Below, in pieces: positions 25,923-36,742 of a DNA stretch of 64,000 nucleotides; the stretch's first letter is position 1, and the number at the start of each line of letters is the position of its first letter. The notes below the pieces were generated by a model that worked only from the letters and a program-made list of their open reading frames with translations, did not search any database and was not told where the DNA came from. This stretch comes from Octopus bimaculoides (lineage: Eukaryota), in contig NC_068987.1 of NCBI RefSeq assembly GCF_001194135.2, positions 12,704,741-12,768,740 on the forward strand. Reading direction: 5' to 3'. The position numbers and the translations under genes were made by a program.

Positions 25923-26200
25923 ACTACATTCCTCCATGGTACAAATTTAATTTGTGGTCCGTGGGAAGAGCCATTCTAACGATGCGTCCTGCCCTAACTC
26001 TTCGAAACGCTTAGTTTTGGAATGATGGCAGCTGATGAAGGAAATGTTCTCTATGTGGCCTGTGTGTTTTCTGTACTCTGTTTATCATTTGGTCTACGTT
26101 TTGTTTGCAACGTCGTGTACCCAGATATGCAGCTATATATATACATGTACATGTAGGTATGTACATACATGTACGTATATATGCATATACTCATTTATTA
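25923..26200 (+). mobile_element. family E repeat carrying a hammerhead-like core
   Basis: Homologous to 21310-21622; ends in a TA/CA microsatellite. Confidence 0.8.
25984..26043 (+). ncRNA. putative non-circularly permuted hammerhead ribozyme
   Basis: GCGUC^CUGCC-cuaacu-CUUC-GAAACGC-16 nt-GGCAG-CUGAUGA-A-GGA. Stem III 4 bp, stem I 5 bp, stem II 3 bp after one extra A. Confidence 0.65.
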
Positions 26201-27007
26201 TTTGTATTATATATATATATATATATATATATAAGAAGAACATGAAGGTGATTTTTATTTTCTACAGCTGTTTCACTACTAACAAATGATACTTAATGAT
26301 TGTTTTACTTTACTATGAAGCCAATTTTATGGTACCCAGCCAGTCTTGACATCCTACATGTTGATCTGACTAGATTCTAATGAATCCCGTATTCTACATA
26401 TGTGTGTATGTTTGTATATATATATTTATGTGATTGTGTCTGTGTTTCTGTTTGACTCCCACACAAGCTTGACTACGGATGTTATGTTCTCGTATATTTG
26501 CAGTTGGCAAAAGAGAAGACAGAATATGCACATGGCTTCAAAACAAGAACCGGGGGCGATGTGTTCGACTTAACACTTCCAGTTTTCAACTCTTCCATCT
26601 TTGATCTAATTATAATGACTCTACATGCAGCCATTTTAATAGAAATTATTATTTAAAGCAAAGTCGGTTTGACATTTAAAGCAATATAATGCAGTAAACG
26701 AATTAATTAGATAGTTATCAAATTAGCAGGATTTCCCTTTGAATTCAAAACCTACCGCAAATTAAATTTGTAACTAAAAACAAACAAAAAAATTCAATTT
26801 TTTATTTACATGAATAAGAATAAAAGCATAAGAAAGTCGTACACAAGTACTTATCTATAATTTATACATTTATGTATGACTATAAATATGTTAAATTATA
26901 TGTAAGCACTCCCTTGCATACATACAGGGAGAGGTGTGCACATACATGTATACATACACAAAAACACACAAATACATATATATATACATACATATGGATA
27001 CACACAC

Positions 27008-27039
<32 letters not shown>

Positions 27040-27371
27040 TTGAGCGTGTACATTAAAATTTCTTTTGCTAAAGTTCTCGTTAATGTTAAAATCCACATCT
27101 GCTTCGCAGATGAATTATTCTACGATGTAGTCAGGTACCATCTCCAGCCAACACCCAAAACGTAGTTTATAATCAGAAAAGGTGTCGAACATCTTCGTAC
27201 TTTTATTTTTTGTTTCAATGTAACATCTAACTTTTTTTCCTATCATTAATACTGTGTATTTCATACTTTTAACAAAACACGTGATTTCCCCGCCGTTTTG
27301 CTGACGTGCCTTACATCTAGTTGAAAAGCTTTTATTAGCTTCTTCTTTTGGGGTAGAAGTATTATTTATTT

Positions 27372-27456
27372 CGCCCTTTTAAAGCCTAGCCAGGCTCATG
27401 TGTCCGGTTTCCCGGCTTCTATGGAGTATGTGTTCCCCCCAGCAGTCCATCGCAGG
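27372..27456 (-). mobile_element. 5'-truncated V-like SINE with TSD
   Basis: Minus strand CCTGCGATGGACTG...GAAACCGG...AAAAGGGCG plus (AAAT) tail. Flanked by GGGGTAGAAGTA at about 27350 and 27456. Confidence 0.7.
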
Positions 27457-28229
27457 GGGTAGAAGTAGTATTTATTTATTGTTCAATATTTAATGAGAAT
27501 CCAGTGAAGGTTGAGTATTCTGTATCGAATTTATAATTATTTTGTTCCTATAACTTCAAGGTTTAATGAAAGGCCAACAGTGCCGGCTTAAATTTTGTTA
27601 AAGTTAAGTATTCTATATGTTGTTTTTATCATCCATCATCTTTAAGCGCATATTTTGATATCTTTAAATCTTATCAGTACTGCTCTTAGATAATTTATAT
27701 TTGTATTACTAATGAGTTTAAGTCAAAGTTATGTTTTTCAAGACCATGGATAAAACATATACGAAAAGAATTAAAGAATCAGAGGAACAATGATATACTT
27801 TTGTCTATCAGGCAGAATACATTCTGTAACAGTTAAAAGTTTATCCCTGGAGGGTCGTCAATAGTTAAGACATTAGCATGGTACTCGACAGCAGGAGATC
27901 GTCAATGGTTAAGACATTTGCGTGGTACACGACAGCTTTTATCAGAAAAAATAAGACTAGGAGAAAGTTTTGAGTTTAAGGCATTTGCCAATCATAAGTA
28001 GGTTACTGTTATCGGAGTGTGAAAGGTTTATGGTGTTCATCTTGAATATTTGCTGCACAAAGTTAGGTGTAAGCTATAACTATTTTTGATATTGTTCCTG
28101 TTGAATAATTGGTATCTGCCGTCGGAAAAAGTATTTTATGAGACTTATTTGAGCATTGAAACTTGAATGGAGTTTAAGCAATAACACTTTGTATTCTGCA
28201 ACTTTGCCTTTGCGAGGCTAACGTGATAT

Positions 28230-28767
28230 TAGTATGAGGATATAATGAAAAGAAAATTGAACAAAGACCAAAGACATGATATAGTTGCAAAAACTATTTA
28301 TAACGCTTCTTGCAGGAAAGACTGCTTTGGCGAATGCATCAAAGGCTTGTCAGGACCAGCAGGTGTTCACACCTTTAAAACTAGTGAATATTGGTTGAAC
28401 ACCCCAATAAAAACATAAATTCAGTGCAAACATAACAGACCTGATACTGTTCTGTGGGACAGGGAACAAAAGTCACGTCGTAGAGGTCAGCTGCCCGGAT
28501 GTTAATGTACAAGCAAAAGTCCAAGAAAATGGGGACATTTATAGCAAATTAATGCAGAACTTACAGTTCTTGAACCTTGACTATGAATTCTCATTTGTAC
28601 CTATCATCATAGGCACATTAGGATATGTACGAACAAATTTGCACAAAAACTTAGAAATACTCGGTTTGACGGAGAAAGAACAAAAGAAACTGACGGAGAT
28701 TCTCGAAATTCAATCTGTTAGTGGCACAGTGATAATTTGTAAGACATTTCAAACATTCTCCATCTAA
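28230..28767 (+). mobile_element. decayed RLE-type non-LTR retrotransposon 3' ORF fragment (R4/NeSL-like)
   Basis: Translates to RHDIVAKTIYN...KHNRPDTVLWD...VVEVSCP...Y.KL...PIIIGTLG, matching zinc-knuckle and PD..D/E-xK endonuclease motifs. Stops and frameshifts present. Confidence 0.85.
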
Positions 28768-28953
28768 GATTGTTATGTGAATAGAAGCACACACTTGGAT
28801 GTATACATCGACAGTTCAAACCAACACACCAACTCAAGCACCTATTTACAAACACCGGGGACTTTCTTAACTAAAAAGTTCTTGACGCTTTGTTAGCAAC
28901 CGGCTTGAATTCTCCCAAGGAGAAGTTAAATAAAACCCAAAGAAAAATCATAG

Positions 28954-29013
<60 letters not shown>

Positions 29014-29496
29014 CCCCCATATGTTTAATTAGATACATTGATATAAATATTTATAAATACAAACTCATACATACAAATGTATGTTTATAAGAAAAGTATA
29101 CAAAACTTTGGCGAATGATTATTATATAATAAATTTTACGAAGAATAATATAAAAATGGAAGTAATCTAACTGAAGATATACCGCAAAATATATAAGTAA
29201 AGTGAAAAATATGTTGATGTACAGCTTACAAGAATTTTGAGTTCGCATAGAGGATTAAATATTATGAAAATAGAAAATTAGAGGGCAGATATAAAACCAC
29301 AGCACGGTAAGTCTTAATATTGTCTTAGAAAGTAAAGTGTTAATAGAATTATGGCTGGTGGCTCCATCTGTTGTATCTGAGTGTTGCAAAGGGTGATGAC
29401 CAGTCTCTGGACAGTGGATATAGTAATAATGCATATGAGAAATAAACAGCAGAGTTGCTTTGCCCTACACAGAAACTGCAGGAGCTACTTAGAAAT

Positions 29497-29714
29497 ATTG
29501 ATTTCAAATTTTGGCACAAGGCCAGTAAGCTGGAGGAAAAGGGGGCTTAGTCGATTACATCGACTCCAGTACTCAACCGGTTCTTATTTTATCGACCCCG
29601 AAAGGATCAAAGGCAAAGTCAACGTTAACAGAATTTGAACTCAGAATATAAAGACGGACGAAATGCCGCTAAGCATTTCGCCCGGCGCGCTAACTATTCT
29701 GCTGGCTCGCCGCC
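29497..29714 (-). mobile_element. SINE family B, full length
   Basis: Head GGCGGCGAGCCAGCAGAATAGTTAGC, B box and Meta-like core. Confidence 0.9.
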
Positions 29715-29715
29715 T

Positions 29716-30620
29716 TGCTACTTAGAGATATTGCAAGCTCTTCTGGTTGATAACTAAAGCCATCGCAATCTCGGAAACGTCTTCGTGTCGTCAGCAATTG
29801 TCTCAGTGTCATATGCGTTTCGACCCTAGCCTGTACGCTTCACCTGAGTGGGACGGCAAGGAATGAACTGGCCTTCATCTGCAGAAGAGTTCCATCTGGG
29901 ATCTATTTTAAACCGCAGCCTTCTTGAGTTGGTTTTATGTGCCATGCCTTTCTTCTTGGTGGCCTTTAGTTGTGAATGTTCCAAACCAAGCTTCTGCAAG
30001 AATCAGCGCATCGATCTCACTGAAAATCCACGGTAGCCAACTTCAATAAGGAATGATGCTGCAAGCTATCGTTCAACAAGCACCTTATCAATCAAATCTT
30101 GATATTTAGCTTTCTTCACGTGGTGAGAAATGTCAAACCTGTCCTCTTAGGCAACTGGGGGTTCAGTGATGATGAGTGTTCTTACACTACTAGACAGCAG
30201 GAGCATGTCTGGTCGGAGCGATGATACCGCCACGTTATAATGAAACACAAGTCTACTCTTCAGGTCCATTTGCATTTTCTAGGTCTAAATCTCAATGCAA
30301 AATAGAATACCAGCCGCCTACGATTGCTTTCTCCTCGAAAGCCTTGTCTCTTGCTCTTGAAAATTTAATACTTTTGAGAAATGATGGCTGTTGTTAGTTG
30401 GCCTTTATTTTCCTCAGGTCTGTCCATTTGACAATTTCTGTAAGGATGTTTTCGTGTTTCCATTTGTACCGGCCTTTTCTCGGGGCTCTAAGTCATAATG
30501 TGGTTCAGTTGGGTCCTAGTGTGTTTAGAATTGCCATTGTCCTTAAAGGTACAGTCGTAGTTCTTTCCAAGCATCAGATTCCTTTCTCTTGGATTTCTGG
30601 AATCTCAGACCCTAAATGCT
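29716..30620 (-). mobile_element. decayed Hero/NeSL-like RLE LINE 3' end (ORF C-terminus plus 3' UTR)
   Basis: Minus translation GRYKWKHENIL...SLRPDMLLLS...IITEPPVA*EDRF...KKAKYQDLID...IEVGYRGF is typical of the RLE domain. In-frame stops present. Confidence 0.85.
29785..29838 (-). ncRNA. putative permuted hammerhead at the LINE 3' end (decayed)
   Basis: GCGUA^CAG-gcuag-GGUC-GAAACGC-...-caaUUG-CUGACGA. Stem III 4 bp, stem I 3 bp, stem II not supported. Confidence 0.45.
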
Positions 30621-32394
30621 AAAAATATTATTTGTTAGCTTCCCTTTAAGCATGAATTGAATGGTAAAGTCGACTCAGTGACTATTTTCAAAGGAAATAT
30701 GTGTAGAGGAAAAATATTGAGACAAAATAGACAAACAACTAATGATATAGAATAATTGCTGAAACAAATTTAATATACTATGGACAAAGGTTAAATGTTG
30801 TAGGCGAGAAATTCAAATTTAAAGATATTAGTTGTTTTAATTATTTTGTCATATAACGTGGGTAGGACTGTTAGAAGAAATGCTAAAAATGTTACATGGG
30901 GCAACCGAGTTTATATTTAAATCATTATTTAATGAAACGTATCTAATGAAATATAAGTAGTGTTTTAAAACGGCAATTGAAGTTAGGTTTTTATCTGAAG
31001 TTGTATAGATAATATAAATAAATGCCTATTTGTACTTGTGCGTGTGTTACTAAGAGAATGTATTAATTTAAAATACAAGAAAGTTTTGGTATTACGCTCG
31101 TCTGAGCAAGTGAAAAGTTTCTTTAAATGAAATAGCATTAAAATGTTGAATATAGTGGGTAGTAATGTTCATAAAGAAGGTAAGAAATGTGTGTTTATCT
31201 CTCTCACTCTTTCTCTCTCACACACACATACCATAAGTATGTGTATATATGTATGTGTGTGTGTATGTGTTTGTGTGTGTGTGTGTAGCTGTACTCAAAT
31301 CGAGTCTTAGCTTTAAAATGATATATTTCATACTTTCTCGAATCTTATACATGCGAGTGTATCTACACACACACACATATCTATCTATACACACGCATTG
31401 AATATAGAGGATACGAGAAAGTTTGAAATATAGCGATTTAAGAGTAAATCTTGACGTGAATACAGCTATAAGTAGCAGCATGTGATGTTAGACTAAAAAG
31501 AAACCTTGAGTGCGAAAAAGAAAACGAGGCGGAAAGAGTCAAACCAGGGTTTTTTTCTAAAAAAACCCAATTGGATTAAAAAGCAAAAACGCAGCTTACC
31601 TTTACAGAATTTGATATAAGGACAACAAGAACAACAATTTTAAGGGGGTAAATCGTCCTGTGTTCAACTCGGACTTATTTTATGGATTCCAAAAAGACTG
31701 CTACGTAATTTGAACACAGAACGTAAAGATATAGAAGTGCCACTAAGCGTTGTGTCTGGCGTGGTAACATTTCAGTCAGCAAGCTACCTTATTTTAACCT
31801 AATACATGATGTAATGTCCACTTCGAAACTCACTATTAGAATAATGATTTTTTTAAAAATCATATATATATGTGCGCATGGGTATTTCTATGCATATATA
31901 TNNNNNNNNNNNNNNNNNNNNNNNNNNNNNNNNNNNNNNNNNNNNNNNNNNNNNNNNNNNNNNNNNNNNNNNNNNNNNNNNNNNNNNATATTAGTTTAAA
32001 GGAAATAGAATATACATAGAATAATCACATGTGATTATTTTATGTCTATTCTCTGTTTTCTTTGAACCATTAATTATTTCTCCTATATCGAAAGGAATGA
32101 AGTCTCCATAGGGACAACTTGACTTTCGGAAGTGAAAAGTACTAAAAATGATCAATCTAACCAACCACAAACATTAGCACATAAACATACGAATAAGATC
32201 CAGAATCATCAATCGATAATAGCGCAAGACTGGTGCCTAGTATTTCTGTTTATGATGTTCTGTAACCGTTGTTTACCAAGGTGGGGCACCGCGGCTATGG
32301 TTTTGTCGTTATCCACTCATTACAAATAGCTGACGGACAGATGAAAGTTCGTCAATATTCCTTTGACATTTCTAGGAGAATTTTTCGTTTAGAC

Positions 32395-32720
32395 CATTGG
32401 TTATCAACCGGGATCCATATGGCCCTTGGGGATCCATATGGCCCTTGGGGATCCATATGGCCCTTGGGGATCCATATGGCCCTTGGGGATCCATATGGCC
32501 ATTGGGGATCCATATGGCCCTTGGGGATCCATATGAGATTTTTCTGTTGTCATAATTTAAGTGTAATAAATTGGTTTTACTCTCACATCACAAAATATTT
32601 TAACAATTTTTTTATGTTACAATTCTTAATGATATTTAATTATAAAGATAGCACTGGAGCTTCTAAACATCGAATAGCTATGGGGCCCACCTGAGTAAAA
32701 TAGGAATCAAAGGGATCATT
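32395..32720 (+). mobile_element. hAT/Charlie-like MITE remnant with internal minisatellite
   Basis: Left end CATTGGTTATCAACC preceded by GTTTAGAC, the same site type as at 61148. Right end decayed. Confidence 0.5.
32413..32535. repeat. 19-bp minisatellite (ATCCATATGGCCCTTGGGG) x6.5
   Basis: Six full units plus a partial unit, with one substitution. Confidence 0.95.
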
Positions 32721-32939
32721 TAATAACGTAAGCCATATATCAGGTGCATGTTACATATCCTGAAATAATGTCGCTTCCCACACGTAACTGTTGACCGTAA
32801 AAAATGTTTCGTAAGTTTGTGCTAAGAGACTGTAATATTTTAGCCTGTTCGACATTTTGTCATGAGTAAAAATTATTCTGCCTTACGGACTTATTCTGAC
32901 CCAGCTCCCTAACCTTTGACACCCGGTTCCCCATCCATA

Positions 32940-33027
32940 ATACGGCCGCATTAGACGCAAGACAGTTTTTTGATACATTTAAAATTAGAAGAAAAAGAGC
33001 GCATCTTATACGCTGGCAAATGCGGTA
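32940..33027. mobile_element. Tc2/pogo-like terminal fragment
   Basis: GCGCATCTTATACGCTGGCAAATGCGGTA resembles the GCGTCTTATAC...AAAATACGGTA terminus. Confidence 0.45.
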
Positions 33028-34440
33028 CATTTTCTCAAGAAACTTTATTGTAGCAAAGAAAAAGGTTCCCATAGACCTAACATATATTTAACTTTGGAAA
33101 GCGGTGGTGTAAAAATTCCTTTGTTTGTTTACAATAAAAGAAACTCAATCGTCGGTTGATTTGAAAAATTACGCAAACCAAACAGTTTAGCGTTCAGAAA
33201 AAAAGGGGTAAGATAATATAATAACAACTTTATTAGCAAGAAGGATGTACTTTGACAATATACACATTAAAAAAAAAAGGCATGTAAATGAAGAAAAATA
33301 TCAAAAATTAGTTCTGTATTATTTCTAGCATATCATGTAAATGCATGCAAGCAATTATAGAAAGGGAGAGAGGTTGTTGAAAGATGGGCAACGTCATAAG
33401 CTTTGTAAACATAAGGAAAACACTACTTAAGGGAGCGATATTATAGCTTGTATAGTAGAAGGAATGAAAACTTCTCATCATGAGGGAAATTGTTCTTCGA
33501 CTTGGTTCATAGAAAGATTTTATTTTTTTGTGGAGGTGAAGTTATTCATGAGATAATCTCAGTTGAGCTACATTTTGTTAGGTGATATCGACGTCCAAGA
33601 ACCCTGAGAACAAACCGCCGATTATGGGGCGAAGTTGTTCATGGGTAGCTGGCATTGAACTGATTTTACTGAGAGAGATTCAGTCTCAGGGATCTGAGAA
33701 CGAAGTGCCGAAACTCTGCCGTGTTAATTCTTAGAAAAACTAAAGAATTAAATCGCCATGACTTGGCTAGGAAGAAGCCCTTTAAATAACTTCCTTCCAG
33801 CATCAACTGGATGCAAGTAGTTTCTGCATACGTAGAGTTTGAAGCGATAATTTTAAGGTGATCTGGGCTAAGTATGAGAGACGAGTATTTACAAAAAGGA
33901 GCCTGACGAAATTGTTTCTTTGATTAGAATATGGAGGGAAATATTTTACGGAATGGGGTAAATCACTCAGATTCTCTCCGAATTCATCATTCACCAAATT
34001 GTCCTTTTTACGAGACCTACAAGCTTGAATGGAGAAAGCGCAAACCAGACGACAGCTCTGAATAGAATTGTGTCGGATGGCTGTTACTGACTGGCTGGAA
34101 ATAGTAGCAACAGATATGTCTACAACAGAACTTGAAGATAAATATCAAAATGGCCATCAATATTGTTGATGTTAAAGACGCAATGCATATATTTTCTATC
34201 CAAAGGTTTTATAATCACATATTTATACGCTATTATTTATAGCTTTATTTGCTTCGAGATCCATTATTTCGACAAAGAATCATTTCACATTCTCCCGAAG
34301 TTTATAAAAATTGCTATGATTTCAACAACATACAATTCTCGCCAGCAACAATAAAGTTCCTAAAATGGATAAAGAAACTCGAAGGATGGATTTGGTTCGA
34401 TACATACATACATATATACATACATGCACGCACGCATGCA

Positions 34441-34492
<52 letters not shown>

Positions 34493-35591
34493 CACACACA
34501 ACACACACACACAACACACACACACATATGAGAGTGAGAAATGTCATTGAAATGAGTGAGGTTTGCGATGAGAGACAAAATGTATCATGGCATACGAAGA
34601 GTACAAAGATACTATAGTAAATATAGGAAAAAGACGAACTTCCTTCTGAATCAGTAATTAAAAGTGCGAAGCTATCGCCATTTCCGATTATAAACCACCA
34701 TAAGGTGTTGGCGGGAGATGGGCCTGATTACGTGACGCAATAATTTTACGGTACACCAGATGTTGTTTTTATCCTTAGCAGCTGGAGAACGGAAAACTGT
34801 GTGAAGAGAACACAGGTAATACATTGATCCAGTTAGTGCAAGTGAGCGGTCGTTGTAATTATATCTGCTAACAGTCTGTAACAGAATTTGAGGAAAATGT
34901 ATTCTTGAGATATATACTGATAAGTACGGATAACGATTGTCCAGGATAATATTAATGTCAGTTTATGTCAGTTTACAGTTTATAAGCAACATAGCATACT
35001 TATAATTCTGTTGTACAGAAAACATCGCTCAAATTCCAGGCCCTGTGCCTGTGCCTATGTTGGAAACTATTATATACGTGAAATTGTCATGCGATATTGT
35101 TGGAGATTACGAAGCCTAACGTTTTGTAGTGACTTTGACGGTTTCTACTGATCGTTAGGGAAATCTGCAGTACTGAAAGTACATCTCCTTCATTTCTCTG
35201 TGTATAAAATTCTTTGCCGGTCTGTTTGTCTATCTGCCTGTTCCCTGTGCTCTAACAGTATCACCCCCACTTTTTTGCATGACGTCTTTAGAAAGATAAA
35301 TAAAAACTTGTGATTTATTTCCTGTTTAGATTTCAAGATCAAGTGCTTTACCTTGTTACAAAAACTCTTGTTTCANNNNNNNNNNNNNNNNNNNNNNNNN
35401 NNNNNNNNNNNNNNNNNNNNNNNNNNNNNNNNNNNNNNNNNNNNNNNNNNNNNNNNNNNNNNNNNNNNNNNNNNNNNNNNNNNNNNNNNNNNNNNNNNNN
35501 NNNNNNNNNNNNNNNNNNNNNNNNNNNNNNNNNNNNNNNNNNNNNNNNNNNNNNNNNNNNNNNNNNNNNNNNNNNNNNNNNNNNATATATG

Positions 35592-35629
<38 letters not shown>

Positions 35630-35632
<3 letters not shown>

Positions 35633-35800
35633 TGAAGAGTAGATAGACAGCTGACCACTGATGAAAGGTCCTTTCTCTGTTTTTACTTGCCCTGTTTTCC
35701 ATTTTTTCTCTCATTGTTTTCGTATTTAACTCGTTTGTTACGTATTTCATGTTGTTTGCACAGTTGGTGACGTCCTGTACCCATATGTGCATACACACAC
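35630..35800 (+). mobile_element. family E-related fragment (CUGAUGA strand plus 3' module)
   Basis: CCACTGATGAAAGG at 35655-35668, a pyrimidine-rich tract, then GACGTCCTGTACCCATATGTGC. Confidence 0.6.
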
Positions 35801-36240
35801 ACACACGCACACACACACACACACACTTATATATAATAGAAAATGGAGATGTATAACAATTAGCAATTCAAAAATTAAAATTTTTAATTTATTAGTATAA
35901 TAGTATATTATATTATATTCTTATAATGATAAAATATGATACAATATAATAAGTAATAACTATTGAATATGAATCACATATAGATGTTTCAATTCTTGGC
36001 CATAATATTATAAAAATTCATTGTTTTCTGCTCAAGAATCTCCTCAGTGTATATATGCAAATTATCGTTTTGATTCTTGTTGTCCACCGTGCACATCATG
36101 TTTCACTATATAAATTGTTTCATGGATAATACATTTTCTCTAAAAGGGATTTTTGATAATTTCTTTGAAATTATGTCATATTAGGAAGGCACGTGATCTA
36201 GAAGTGAAATATGCTCGGGTCATAATCAATAGGTCGTACG

Positions 36241-36311
36241 TTTAATTCCTGGAACAGAAAACACAGGTTTAATTCCTGGAACAGGAAACACAGGTTTAAT
36301 TCCTGGAACAG
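36241..36311. repeat. 27-bp tandem repeat x2.6
   Basis: TTTAATTCCTGGAACAG(A/G)AAACACAGG. Confidence 0.9.
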
Positions 36312-36369
36312 TGTCTATGAAAAGAGCAATTCGATTCATGTTACTCGTATCTATTCAGCTCTAACGAGC

Positions 36370-36400
36370 CTCTCTCTCTCTCTCTCTCTCTCTCGTTCTC

Positions 36401-36481
<81 letters not shown>

Positions 36482-36569
36482 CTATTTAGCTATCTCTCTC
36501 ACACTCTTACATTCTCACATTCTCTCTTTCCCTCTCTCTCTCCATCTCTCTCTCCTCCTCTCTTTCTCC

Positions 36570-36600
<31 letters not shown>

Positions 36601-36661
36601 GCTATCTCTCTCTCTCTCTCTCACATACCCTCTCTCCCACTGTATCTCTTTACCTTTCTAT

Positions 36662-36715
<54 letters not shown>

Positions 36716-36742
36716 GTCTGTCTGTCTGTCTATTTATCTATC
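36370..36742. repeat. compound (CT)n/(CTAT)n microsatellite
   Basis: Directly visible. Confidence 0.95.
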
